A DNA stretch of 63,890 bases, filler included, from Octopus bimaculoides (taxonomy: Eukaryota): assembly GCF_001194135.2 (NCBI RefSeq). It is 5 parts of 4 records of this genome, joined end to end, with 100 filler letters (N's around TTAATTAATTAA, not from the genome) between each part and the next. Parts side by side here need not be neighbours in the genome. Positions count along the whole stretch, not along the records: positions 1 to 27,308 come from NC_069007.1; 4 more parts are not named here. One strand, 5' to 3'. The notes beneath the pieces are model-generated. The model did no database searches. It was not told the origin of the DNA and saw nothing but the letters and a program-made list of their open reading frames with translations. A program made the translations under genes and the position numbers. Below, one piece after another: positions 11,645 to 23,909 of the stretch; within the stretch, counting starts at the first letter, position 1, and every line of letters starts with the position of its first letter.

Positions 11645-12559
11645 ACACACACACACACACACACATATGCAAATACATATTCAGATACATATATGCACAG
11701 ACATACACACATACATACATATATACACACACATACATACATACATACACAAACACACATATACATACACCTATACATACATATATACACACATACATAC
11801 ATACATTCACACATATACACACATACATACATACACATATACACATACATACACACACACACATATATATATATACACACACACATACATATATACACAC
11901 ATGCACAAACACAGAAGTACATATATGAGACAGCAAACAGAAATGATATAACCTACACATACCCACACATCCTTAAGTTACTCATAATGCATAACAACAC
12001 TGAAATTGTACTGGATACATGTGAAAATAATGAGTTTAGGTTAACAATTTGTCAACATTAATTAATTAGTTTCATTAATTTCATCCTCTACCACTACAAT
12101 CCACCAACACTATCATCTCAAGTAAAGTGTTTTTTAATTTATAAAAAACTCTTAAAATTAAAATATTAATCATTAAAAAATAAGAAAAACAACAATACTA
12201 ATTGAAAAACAAGCTACGTGAATTTCTAAAACAATCAACAATACTGATTAGTAAAACAACGAACAATGCTAATTAATAATAAAAAACAATAAAAATGCTA
12301 ATTATTGAAAAAAAAAAAGTGAGAATTGTTAAGAGCCAAGAATGCAAATTCTTTAAAAGGACAGTGCGAAGTGCGAATTGTAAAAAAAAAAACAATTGTT
12401 ATAAACAACAATACTGATCGTTAAGAAAGAGTAGTTATTTTTAAAAGTACAATACTAATTATTAATAATAGTAATTGTGAAAAAAGACAATATCAATTGT
12501 TACAAAATATTGCTGTTAAAAAGACAAGACTAATTGTTAGAATCCAATACTATTCATAA

Positions 12560-13070
12560 CAAAACAATATTAATTGTTAACAATACTGTCAATAACAACA
12601 GTCAACATTGACATTGTCAATACTAAGAGTCTACAATGTTAATTGTTATGAGTAATACTAATTGTCAATGAAGAACACTGTCAACAGCTACACTGACTGC
12701 TACTGGTAAACCTAATAGCTAATAGCACTAATTATCAACAACAATATTGTTACTAACAACACTGTCGAAAGCAGTAGTAACTGTCAACAGCAACACCGTC
12801 AACAACACTTATTGTCAATGCGACACTAACAACACACAACACTGTCAACAAGACTATTGACAACAAACACTAAGAGTCAACGACGGCACTAAGTGTCAAC
12901 AAAATCACTAACTATTAACACTCAACAACAGCACTGTCAACAACAACACCGTCAACATTATTTGTCAACAGTCACACTGTCAACAGCAACATTATTTGTC
13001 ATCAATAACACAGTCAACAGCAAACGTCAACAACACCGTCAAAAACAACACCGTCATAATCAGCACTAAT
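12560..13070. repeat. Degenerate short-period repeat (aacactgtcaac-like)
   Basis: More than 20 variants of (c/a)ctgtcaa(c)aa; stops in all frames tested on the minus strand. Confidence 0.7.
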
Positions 13071-13326
13071 TGTTAAGAAACAAACAAAAATTAACAACAA
13101 ACGACATTCAGGAAGTGGGAGGAAGGACATACAGACAGATTAATATAAAAACAAACCAAACAAAAAAAGAAAGAACATACAATAGAGAAAGAGGCTAGAT
13201 GTAGAAAGATACAGTGGGGGGGGAGTGGTGTGGTGTGGTGTGGTATAGAGGGGTTAGGTGGAAAGGGGGGAAGGGTTAGAAAGGAAAAGAAGACAAAGAG
13301 TGAAACAGAGATGTGAAGTAATTTAC

Positions 13327-13450
13327 CTTTAATTGATTCAAACGCTGAGTTTCATCATCGAGAATTTTCCTTTTTTCATCATCTGAAACACCACTAAAAG
13401 CAACATTTTGGTCAGCCATAGTATTCAGAGCAGCAGTGAAGCCTGCTGGC
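13327..13450 (-). CDS. PICALM: PICALM/AP180 exon (124 nt, phase 2 to phase 0): K-PAGFTAALNTMADQNVAFSGVSDDEKRKILDDETQRLNQLK
   Basis: Acceptor tctgttccag|, donor AAG|gtaaat. Continues in frame from the 80-nt exon at 18563-18642. Resembles the post-ANTH segment of CALM (VDEREKQAALEEEQARLKALK). Confidence 0.85.
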
Positions 13451-13598
13451 CTGGAACAGACGGAAATGGCGTGTGGCACGTGAAAACAAAATTCAAAGAC
13501 ATCTCCACAATTAACCAAGCTAGCACCATTACACACACACACACATATACCCACAAAGGATCACCTTCATGCATGCGCACATACACAATTTCCTCTGC

Positions 13599-14879
13599 TT
13601 AACCCTTTTGCTACTATATTTCTGCTGAAAACCCGTAGTACAGTCAATTCTGAATAGAATCTTTTGTCTTTTACTTGTTTCAGTCACTGGACATTGCTGG
13701 AAAGGGTAAGGGGCTGGATCTGGCCAATTTGCACAGAAAAGAGATAGAATGATTGGGCCAGGTATGGCCAGTTTCAATGCTACACTATTAAGTTGGTGTT
13801 TGGAAGATAAAATGACATGAAATGTTGACAGAAAGTTTTAATTTAAATCGTTTTTAAACCAGAAGTCTGTTTCATAGATAGAACAAGGATTGATCTCAGA
13901 TTCAAGTTGTTATCAAAAGGATTAAGCCAGCACTTTACTGTTTGTCACATGACCAGACACCAGTTTTGAGAACCACTGTTATAAGGCATTTAACCTTTTT
14001 GTTACCATATTTCTGTTGAAATACACTGCTTTTGCTAGGGGCCACGTCAGATAGGTTGGTATCAAAAGGGCTAATCAAAGTTTTTCACACAGACCCAAGT
14101 TCACACACACACACACACACACAAGGACAAGAAAATAGAAAAAGAAAAACAGCAAAAAAAAATTTTAAAAAACATTAATCCAAAGACAATTTACAGTTGA
14201 CCCTTTTGTTACCATATTTCTGTTGTAATTTACCGCATTTGTTATGATTAATTTTAAAAGGATTTAGTAGAATTTACCAAAATAACTTTCATTATTAACC
14301 CTTTCGTTACCATATTTCTGCTGAAAACCTGTTTCAATTAATTTTGAAAATAATAACTTTAGTATATAATAACTTCATCATTAAGTTAATGGTTGGCACA
14401 CAAATTAACATGAAATTTTGATGGGAAGGTTTTAATTAAGATTCATGTTAAATAATTTGTTATCACATTAAAATACACTGCCTTAGTTTCAAATTAATTT
14501 TGAAAATAATGATGAATTTAATAAAATGTAATTGTTAAACAGGTGTTTGGAACATCATTTAACAATGGAGGTTACAGCTAAAAGTATTTTAACCCTTTAG
14601 CATTTGAAGTGGCCATATCCAGCACTAATATTTTACCTGCTTTATACTCAAACCAGCCAGATTTGGCTTATCGCACCTACTCTACAATGTCATTCTGAAA
14701 ATTAAAAAAAATCACATCGTTTAAATCTCAAAGCTACAAGATAATGCATGATTAATTCAAAGCAATATGGATAAATAGTATATTTAACAGAATAATCTGA
14801 ATGCTAAAAGGGTTAAAACAGAAAGATTGTAACATAAAAGTAGGGGTGAGCTAAGATGAGTTGGCATCAAAAGGGTTAA
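13599..14879. mobile_element. Cluster/nest of piggyBac-type MITEs (TTAA|CCCTTT...AAAGGG|TTAA)
   Basis: Left ends at 13603, 13994, 14201, 14299 and 14592; right ends at 13921, 14070, 14812 and 14875. The element 14592-14812 has TTAA on both sides and lies inside 14299-14875. Confidence 0.75.
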
Positions 14880-14954
14880 TGAAACATAATCTTACACACA
14901 CACACATGCACATTTTCTTTGTGACTTAATCATGAGAGTTAAAAAAAATATATA

Positions 14955-15505
14955 GGCACAAGCATGGCTGTGTGATAAGAAGCTAGCTTCGAGGGGTTGC
15001 CAGCCGGTGGGCGCTGGTGCCCCTCTCATTTTCTTTCATCCATGTCCTTTTCTCATTTCTCATTAATGTACTTGTCCAGCCCAGGCTTCTTGCCATTCTA
15101 TGTACAGCCCTTGTGGCTAATCTAAATGAAATAAAGAAGCTAGCTTCCCAACCACATGATTACGAGTTCAGTCCCACAGCATGGTACCTTGGGCAAGTGT
15201 CTTCTACTATAGCCATGAGCTGACCAAAGCCTTGTGAGTCAACTTGGTAGACAGAAACTAAAAGAAGCCCATCATATATATATATGTGTGTGTGTGTGTC
15301 TTAGTGTTTATGTTTGTCCCCACCACCATCGCTTGACAACCGATGTTGGTGTGTTTACATCCTCGTAATGTAGAGATTCAGCAAGAGAGTCCTAGGCTTA
15401 CAAAGAATAAGTCCTGGGGTTGATTTCTTTGACTAAATAACCCTTTGAGGTGGTGCTCCAGCATGGCCACAGTCAAATGACTGAAACAAGCATAAGAATA
15501 AAAGA
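14955..15505 (+). mobile_element. tRNA-derived SINE (family A), interrupted by a TSD-flanked insertion
   Basis: Head tggctgtgtg-taag / gagttcagtccc; body caccttgggcaagtgtcttctactatagcc; tail ggtgctccagcatggcc-cagtcaaatgactgaaacaag. Same family as 18831-19230 and 52974-53361. Confidence 0.9.
14991..15133 (+). mobile_element. 143-bp retroposed insert with 14-bp target-site duplication
   Basis: aagaagctagcttc occurs at 14977-14990 and 15134-15147. Removing the insert restores the SINE sequence. The 3' end is A-rich (aaatgaaata). Confidence 0.85.
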
Positions 15506-16455
15506 ATATGTGACCCTTCATTGGGCCGCCAAGACTTGGAAGCAGGGAGAAACAGAAAGGAAGTGACTCTCAGACTGGCAACATGGACCGAATATTTGCA
15601 ACAGAGACACATAATACCAGGTAATGGTATCAAACAGTACAATAGACTGTTTGTCATACAAAATCGAAGAATTCCTCCTCTCACTCGCTTTTTGTACAAT
15701 TTTCATCAACCAAATTTCACTGATGAGGCTTTCGTTGATGTAAAGCTATAGTAGAATGGAAAAAGACACATGTGCACACACACACAAATACATGTACACA
15801 CATACACACACACATGTGCACATAATATATACATGTACAAACATACAGAAACAGACCAAAGTGTGGAAATAACACACACAAAATGAATGACAATGGTCAT
15901 GATGATGATGGTGATATGGTGACATGGATGGTGATGATGATGATAATGACAATGATGATGATGATGATGACATTGGTCTTAAGGACATTGATGATGAAAG
16001 CAGTGATGGTCATTAAAGCAACAATGATAACAATGATATGCTGCAAGAACGAAGCTAGAAGAACTTGTCATTCGTAATTTGGTGGAGCACACTGGAACCA
16101 TATGGTAATTACAACTGGTTCTCTGTACACACACACACATATACAAAGCACCACTACCATCAGTTGGACTGTGGAGGAAGTAGAAGAAGGTTGAATATGC
16201 AACATATAAAAGCAGGTCAAATAATATTGTATCCCATCTTCATTTACTGTTTCTAAAAGGACGATGGTTGTATTTGGTTGTCTGGAAGGTTCTGAGTGTT
16301 TTTATGCTAAATATTTTAACACTACAATGAAAACATTTGAAGCGTAATACAGTTAAAACTTTGGCATTGCCTGAAACAGTAGTGCATCACTTCTTTGTTC
16401 CTGACTAAAAATAGATTTATCTTTCATTCTGATTACACTTTATTGGTGTCAGAAA

Positions 16456-16880
16456 TGGATAACCAAAAATTTCATATTCGCGTTGTAATGGTTTTCTTTC
16501 TTAAAAAAGGAGAAAATGCTGTTGTAGCAAACTCATAAGTGGCGGAGAGAGAATGTAGGTTCATTTACCCGAACATGAGAAATTATTGATTTCATCGATT
16601 GACTTCATCAGATTCTACCAATGGGACAGTGGAAGATTTCTACCAATTCTACCAATGGGACAACGGTAGACTTTAACTATTTCTATCAATAGGACAGAAG
16701 TAGACATCAACCAATTTTACCAATGGAACAGTGGTAAGAGTTCAACCAGTTTCCCCAAGGGGACAGTGGTAGAAAACAACGAACTATGTACAGCTTCAAT
16801 TTAGCTGTCCGAACAATGTCTTCATCTGAAACTTAATAAGAGCATGGGGTGAATCAGTGAATCTGAGACAATGGTCAAGT
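16456..16880 (+). mobile_element. Highly decayed mariner-like transposase start, interrupted by a ~33-bp minisatellite (about 16610-16775)
   Basis: MDNQKFHIRVVMVFFLKKGENA and LIRAWGESV resemble a mariner N-terminus. The unit attctaccaatgggacagtggtaga repeats about 5 times. Confidence 0.4.
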
Positions 16881-18562
16881 AAGGAATGGTCAAGCTTGTT
16901 CATTGCACTCATTAAGATGAAGCTAAGAAAATGAAGTAAAGGAGACAACATGTTCTATCCCCTGGACATAGCCACGGTTGTGTGATTAAAAAGTTTCTTC
17001 TGCAGCTGCCAGGTTTCGGTGTAGCTGTCTCTTCTATTATGGTCAGCCTTTTTCATTGTTAAGTCAATGGTATAGCAGTGACAGTAATTTAACCACCTCT
17101 GTCAGAAACACAAGTCAACATATTTGTAGTATCCATGGAGCTACAGAGGATTCCAGGTATTGGTTATGTATAACCATACATACCTGTATTAAGGTTCCTC
17201 ACCCTGAATTTTCTACAGGGGTTTACTCTCTTAGCCATTTAAAAATAATCAGTAAATTACCCCACAAGCCAGTCCCACTTGTATTGGTCTGGTGCACAAA
17301 TGCCATGAGGTCAGTAGTTTATCAGGATGCAGGATTTGAGTGGAGATAGTCTCTGCTTAAATGAGCAGCTAAAGAGATGAAGGAACTTCATCTACAATGG
17401 GTCCATTGGTGTGTGTGTGCGAATGACTGCTTTCCATATGCAGTATTCTATTATAGTCTCAGGTTAATCAATGTTTTCTGAGAAGAATTTGGAAGACAGA
17501 AACCAAGCAGAAGCAAAGCCAGTTATATATATATATATACACACACATACACACAGATACATACATACATGCATATATATATATATATATATATATATAN
17601 NNNNNNNNNNNNNNNNNNNNNNNNNNNNNNNNNNNNNNNNNNNNNNNNNNNNNNNNNNNNNNNNNNNNNNNNNNNNNNNNNNNNNNNNNNNNNNNNNNNN
17701 NNNNNNNNNNNNNNNNNNNNNNNNNNNNNNNNNNNNNNNNNNNNNNNNNNNNNNNNNNNNNNNNNNNNNNNNNNNNNNNNNNNNNNNNNNNNNNNNNNNN
17801 NNNNNNNNNNNNNNNNNNNNNNNNNNNNNNNNNNNNNNNNNNNNNNNNNNNNNNNNNNNNNNNNNNNNNNNNNNNNNNNNNNNNNNNNNNNNNNNNNNNN
17901 NNNNNNNNNNNNNNNNNNNNNNNNNNNTATATATATAAGTCATAAATGACAGAGAAATAGTTTGGTGAAATTTTATTCAACAATAAGAAAATTCCAATAT
18001 CACAACGAATTGTTTCACTTGAGGACACAGCTTAAATTCTGCATTATTTTGAAGGATATTTTGCATTAATGTAGGCACGTAAGTAAATTATTTATTATTA
18101 AATATAATGATATAAATTATTCACATGTTTTCAAGTTACGAAACAATTTGCTGTGATATTAGTATTATTGTTAAATGAAATTTCATCAAACTATTTCTCT
18201 CTCATTATGACTTTATACATATATTCTATATGTTTTGCAGAATGATACATAAAGGAGCTTTTTCTATGAGTACTACTGGATTACTTGAATCCATATATTG
18301 TGACTTAAATATATAATACATACATATATATATATATATATCTGTGTGAGTACGTCTTCTGGTAATGCATACCAGGGGAAAATGCAAACAAAACAAAACA
18401 ATAAACCTGTGATTTAAAGGAAAATTTCTTGTGTGGTATTTGTTCTGCCCGAATTGTTAGTCTCACCTCTTCAGAAATGCAGTGCCCCAGTGACTGGTTC
18501 GTTGGAAACCTGCAACCAACAATGTTACTGTTTACAGAATTGAAATGACTGAATCTACTCAC

Positions 18563-18642
18563 TTAGATGAAGAGCCTGGAATTTTCTTGCCCTCTAAAGA
18601 TGCGTAATGTTGCTCTAAGGCATCAAGCAGACTCGAAGGTGC
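18563..18642 (-). CDS. PICALM: PICALM/AP180 exon (80 nt): APSSLLDALEQHYASLEGKKIPGSSS-K
   Basis: Acceptor tctctttcctag|, donor |gtgagt. APSSLLDALEQH is the conserved end-of-ANTH motif of CALM/AP180. Confidence 0.95.
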
Positions 18643-18830
18643 CTAGGAAAGAGAGAACATAAAACAAATATATTATTTATAAATAAATAAATAAATAAAT
18701 ATATGAAATATATGAAAAATAAATAAATATATGAAATATATGAAAAATAAATAAATATATGAGTGTGTGTGTATATATACATACACACACACACAGATAT
18801 ATACATATGTATACAAACACTCATATATAT

Positions 18831-19230
18831 GCGTAGGAGCAGGAGTGGCTGTGTGGTAAGTAGCTTGCTTACCAACCACATGGTTCCAGATTCAGTCCCA
18901 CTGTGTGGCACCTTGGGCAAGTGTCTTCTACTATAGCCTCAGGCCAACCAAAGCCTTGTGAGTGGATTTGATAGACGGAAACTGAAAGAAGACCGTCGTA
19001 TATATGTATATATATATATGTGTGTGTGTTTGTATGTCTGTGTTTGTCCCCCCAACATCGCTTGACAACCGATGCTGGTGTGTTTATGTCCCTGTAAATT
19101 AGCTGTTCGGCAAAAGAGACTGATAGAATAAGTACTATGCTTCCAAAGAATAAGTCCTGGGGTCAATTTTCTCGACTACAGGTGGTGCTCCAGCATGGCC
19201 GCACTCAAATGACTGAAACAAGTAAAAGAG
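18831..19230 (+). mobile_element. Full-length tRNA-derived SINE (family A)
   Basis: A/B-box head, conserved body, internal (TA/TG)n tract and tail, matching the other copies in the window. Confidence 0.9.
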
Positions 19231-19238
19231 TATATATA

Positions 19239-19960
19239 CGAGGGAAGCCAAAGTCGAAACTTATCCACACTTTAGCTATAACATATCTTTATTATTGTCA
19301 CGCTGCCTTCTGCACATGCCTGCTTATAGTTGGTACTGTTGTGGTAACGTGATCAAAGTCTGAGCCTGATCATGCCATTTTTCTTTCTGGTTTCACAGTG
19401 TATGAATGGCCACTCCACTAGCAATGTGCACCAAAGGAAAACAAAGAGCAGTGATCTGATTTCTCCAGAAACGGGGTGTATGATCAACAACGCAAGATAC
19501 AGTGTTTTGCTGGCCAACAAACTGAAGCCAGCAATTCGCACCAAATGCCAAAGCCTGTTGCCAACGAAAGATTTGTTATTGCATGACAATGCATGTCCAC
19601 ACATGGCCACCCAGATGTTGAAACCATTAACCAATTGGATTTCGAGGTACTGGAATACTCTGCCTACAGTCCAGATCTCACCCCTTTCAACTATCATATC
19701 TTTGGACTGCTCAGAGATGGTTTACGAGGCCATCAATTCCCTACGGATGAAGATGTGAAGGAAGCAGTGTATACATGGTTGCACGACCAACTGAAAACCT
19801 TCCTCTTGGAGGGAATACACAAGCTTGTGGACCACTGGACCAAGTGCATCAAAAAGGAAGGAGACTATACAGCAAAATGATGTACTTGTTTATCCCCTGC
19901 TTTTGTGTAAAAACATAGAAAAAAAAACCCAGAGTGCACATAATTTTTGACGCTCCCTCG
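19239..19960 (+). mobile_element. Internally deleted mariner (DD34D-type) element
   Basis: TA|cgaggga...tccctcg|TA ends. LLHDNA and YSPDL motifs plus the C-terminus GIHKLVDHWTKCIKKEGDY are present. The N-terminus jumps directly to the second half of the catalytic domain. Confidence 0.9.
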
Positions 19961-20219
19961 TATATAAACACATACATATATGCATATATGTACATATATA
20001 TGTAGACATATACACATATGCAAACATATATACTTGTTATATACATATATTTACTTATAACCACATACACATGTGCCTGCACACACACACACATGCACAG
20101 GTACTCACGTATATTGATATGGAAAAAGTGGTAGAAGATGAAGTGAAGAGATGGAAAGAGTAGTAGAAGTAGTAGTAACCAGACAGTGTAAATTACAAGA
20201 GCAAGAAACTAGAACTCAC

Positions 20220-20261
20220 CTTAGCTAAGTCTGGGATATCCCCTTTGTCAATTCCAACATT
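20220..20261 (-). CDS. PICALM: PICALM/AP180 exon (42 nt): NVGIDKGDIPDLAK
   Basis: Acceptor ttctctgcag|, donor AAG|gtgagt. Matches CALM QVGIDRGDIPDL. Confidence 0.95.
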
Positions 20262-20588
20262 CTGCAGAGAAAGAACACAAAAAACAGATTTTAATAAGTC
20301 ATACTTGGGGTATGCACCCTTTACTTTTACACATTGAACAGAACATGTTCACTTCACATCCATAAATCCACTGTCAATGATTACCTACCAAACCACATCA
20401 TACTGTCAACAGAAACATTATATAAACTACCCTTTACTTGAAGGGAGAGAATCCCTTTTTAAATCAAGAAATTTTTTATTAATTATACTTCTTAGATTTC
20501 TTTTTTAACAGCTGATTGAATTTAAAAGAAAATTATAACGGGGGAACTCCTTCCTAAATTCTTAAATGACACAGGTATGGTACCTTAC

Positions 20589-20695
20589 CTCGGCTACTTT
20601 CAAAAATTCTGACACTTTATCCATTCTGACAAGGAATTTCTTGTAAATATCCAAAGCTTCTTTACATTGCTTTTTATTCATATCAAAGTATTTTT
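20589..20695 (-). CDS. PICALM: PICALM/AP180 exon (107 nt): [36 protein letters not shown]
   Basis: Acceptor ctatttgcag|, donor GAG|gtaagg. Near-identical to the ANTH segment [19 protein letters not shown]...SEFLKVAE. Confidence 0.97.
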
Positions 20696-21566
20696 CTGCA
20701 AATAGAAAGTAAAAATTAGAAATAAAAAGAAACACAAGAAATATCTGAATCTCGTTTGGGTCATAACCTAGCAACTTTAATAAGATGGGACATATCATTT
20801 AATATAGTCTTTGCTGTTGATTTCAAATTTTGGCAATTTGGAGAAGTGGGTGATTAAGTTGATTGCATTGAGCCCAGCGTTCAACTGGTACCTCAAAGAA
20901 TGAAAGGCAAAGTGGATTGTGACAGAATTTGAACTCAGAATGTCTCTCTCTCTTGGCACTCCGTCGCTTACGATGTCGAGGGTTCCAGTTGATCCGATCA
21001 ACGGAACAGCCTGCTCGTGAAATTAACATGAAAGTGGCTGAGCACTCCACAGACACGTGTACCCTTAACGTAGTTCTCGGGGATATTCAGCGTGACACAG
21101 TGTGACAAGGCCGACCCTTTGAATTACAGGCACAACAGAAACAGGAAGGAAGAGTGAGAAAAAGTTGTGGTGGAAGAGTACAGCAGGGTTTGTCACCATC
21201 CCCTGCCTGAGCCTCGTGGAGTTTTAGGTGTTTTCACTCAATAAACACTCACAACGCCCGGTCTGGGAATCGAAACCGCGATCCTATGACCGCGAGTCCA
21301 CTGCCCTAACCAGCCACATCTTTGATCATAGGCCTGGTAGGTCAAGACTGACCTGGGGTCAAACAACATCATTATCACCGTCATTTGACATCAGTTTTAC
21401 ATACTGGCATAGGCTTGGAGCTAAACAACAATAGCAGCAGCAGCAAGGGGAGCTTATTCAATTATGTACACCCGCATATACAATGTTTGAATACAAAAAA
21501 AGTGAGATAATAACTATCACATCTTTGATCACAGGTCTGCTGGAACAGCACTGGCCTGTAGTTAAA

Positions 21567-22228
21567 CATCATCATCATCGTTTAACGTCCGCTTTCCATG
21601 CTAGCATGGGTTGGATGATTTGACTGAGGACTGGTGAAACCAGATGGCAACACCAGGCTCCAATCTGATTTGGCAGAGTTTCTACGGCTGGATGCCCTTC
21701 CTAACGCCAACCACTCCGAGAGTATATATAAATATATATATATCATCATCATCATCATCATCATCGTTTAACATCCGCTTTCCATGCTAGCATGGGTTGG
21801 AAGATTTGACTGAGGACTGGTGAAACCAGATGGCTACACCAGGCTCCAATCTGATCTGGCAAAGTTTCTACAGCTGGATGCCCTTCCTAGCACCAACCAC
21901 TCAGAGAGTGTGTGTCATCATCATCATCATCGTTTAACGTCCGCTTTCCATGCTAGCATGGGTTGGACGATTTGACTGAGGACTGGTGAAAACCAGATGG
22001 CTACACCAGGCTCCAATCTGATTTGGCAAAGTTTCTACAGCTGGATGCCCTTCCTAACGCCAACCACTCCAAGAGTGTAGTGGGTGCTTTTACATGCCAC
22101 CGGCACAAAGGCCAGTCAGGCGGTACTAGCAACGACCACACTCGAAATGGTGCATTTTATGTGCCACCCGCACAAGAGCCAGTCCAAGAGCACTGGCAAT
22201 GATCTCGCTCGAAAGTCCTTACACATGC
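21567..22228 (-). mobile_element. Three head-to-tail copies of a (CAT)n-tailed, RTE-related SINE (another copy at about 26978-27308)
   Basis: catcatcgtttaacgtccgctttccatgctagcatgggttgg...ggatgcccttcctaacgccaaccactcc starts at 21567, 21743 and 21915. The copies differ by several substitutions. Confidence 0.9.
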
Positions 22229-22337
22229 CACAACAATCTGGTCAGTTCAAGAAAGCATTAAAAACCCTATCACCAAGTGTCAATCCACCATCTCATATGT
22301 TGATTAAGTTCATGGAAATTATTGATTTTAAACTCAC

Positions 22338-22449
22338 CCAATAAATTGATAATGCCATCGTTGTAACAAGCAAATAACCGGATCAAATCTTTAAACAAAA
22401 GCAGGAAGCAAGCGTTTATAACTCCATTGGTCAATTCATTTGGTGTGCA
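22338..22449 (-). CDS. PICALM: PICALM/AP180 exon (112 nt): [38 protein letters not shown]
   Basis: Acceptor cttctgtttag|, donor G|gtgagt. Hallmark ANTH motif [28 protein letters not shown]. Confidence 0.97.
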
Positions 22450-23099
22450 CTAAACAGAAGACACAAATATTTAAAATAACAACAGCAATAGTAATAATAA
22501 TAATAATAATAATTATTATTATTTCTTTATTGCCCACAAGGGGCTAAACATAGAGGGGACAAACAAGGACAGACAAACAGATTAAGTCGATTACATCGAT
22601 CCCAGTGCGTAACTGGTACTTCTTTAATCGACCCTGAAAGGATGAAAGGCAATGTCAACCTCAGCAGAATTTGAACTCAGAACGTAGCAGCAGGCGGAAT
22701 ACTGCTAAGCATTTCGCCCAGCATGCTGGGTAAGTTGGTTACCTTGACCCCACTACGTAACTAGTACTTATTTTATCAACCTCAAAAGGATAAAAAACAA
22801 AGATGACTTTAGGAACTAATATAATAATAATAATAATAATATAATACTTATTTCCAACATGTAGGAGTGAGTGAGACAAAGCCACGTTCTTTGGTGTGTG
22901 TGTGTGTGTGTGGTGGAGAGATGTATGAATGATTACTTCAGCCTTGAAAGGTTCAATGGAAAAGTACAACCTGGCTGGATTTGAACTCAGAATCCATAAA
23001 AGTATGAATAAATACTGTAAGGCATTTTGTCTACTGCCCTACAAATTGATTTGTAATATAAGTACGAAGGCTCACTTTTTTTCCTACATACATTACACA

Positions 23100-23610
23100 C
23101 ATCTAAGGAAGTGCGTAATGTATGTAGAAAATATGTAATATATGTAGGGTGTAATGTATATAGGAAATGTGTAAAGTATGGAGAAATTGTGTAATGTATG
23201 GAGGAAGTGTGTAATGTATGGAGGAAGTGTGTAATGTATGAAGGAAATGTGTAGTGTATTGTAGGCAGTGTGTAGTGCATGATTTATGTAGCAAGTATGT
23301 ATGTAGAAAGTGAATGTATGTAGGATGTATGTAATATATGTAGGAAGTGAGTAATGTATGCAGAAAGTGTTTAATGTATGCAAAATGTGTATAATGTATG
23401 TAGGAAGTGTATAATGTATGCAGGAAGANNNNNNNNNNNNNNNNNNNNNNNNNNNNNNNTGTATGTAATATATGTAGGAAGTGAGTAATGTATGCAGAAA
23501 GTGTTTAATGTATGCAAAATGTGTATAATGTATGTAGGAAGTGTATAATGTATGCAGGAAGAGTGTGATGTATGTAGGAAGTATGTAATGTAGAAAGTGT
23601 GTAATATATG
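23100..23610. repeat. Degenerate ~18-bp minisatellite (gtgtaatgtatgtaggaa), with a 103-bp identical duplication across a 31-N gap
   Basis: Direct reading; 23326-23428 is identical to 23460-23562. Confidence 0.85.
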
Positions 23611-23852
23611 CAAAGGAGTGATTGCTTTTCAACAGTAAAGAGAGGAAATGAAAATCAATATAATCCTAACAGATGACCAAGTAATGCGTCAATTTGTCAG
23701 GTATGGCTTCTGATTCTCAAAGTCACTGTTAACAACACAAGATCACGGAAGAAGTACAGGAATGCTAAAATAATATTCAATAAATGGGATTACCACAAAA
23801 TCAGTTTTGAACCACTTGAACAAGAGGGAAGAAAGAATTCTTATGGACTTAC

Positions 23853-23909
23853 ATAAAAATCAAGAAGGGCGTCCATTTGTTTCTGTAAAACAGGCAAAGT
23901 TTTCAAAAG
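23853..23909 (-). CDS. PICALM: PICALM/AP180 exon (57 nt): LLKTLPVLQKQMDALLDFY
   Basis: Acceptor ctttttgttttacag|, donor |gtaagt. Matches CALM LLKTVPIIQNQMDALLDF and is in frame with the next exon. Confidence 0.95.

Noticed and set aside
11523-11966. Many overlapping ORFs rich in YI/HT/CV dipeptides (also 4417-4705, 32641-33289, 33776-34478, 57105-57905 and others)
   Set aside because: (TA)n, (CA)n, (TACA)n and (GACA)n microsatellites lack stops in several frames; ORFs spanning N runs are likewise artefacts.
16610-16775. ~33-bp repeated unit superficially like a CRISPR array
   Set aside because: The units are contiguous and degenerate with no unique spacers, in a eukaryotic context with no cas genes; it is a minisatellite.
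18467-18509. 43-nt segment with good minus-strand splice sites (gcag|...|gtgaga) just downstream of a PICALM exon
   Set aside because: The intervening intron would be only 53 nt, and inclusion shifts the frame of the next exon. It could only be a poison exon, and there is no support without RNA data.
18831-18910. tRNA-like A/B boxes at SINE heads (several copies)
   Set aside because: There is no cloverleaf or acceptor stem, and each continues into a SINE body; no tRNA or rRNA gene was found in the window.
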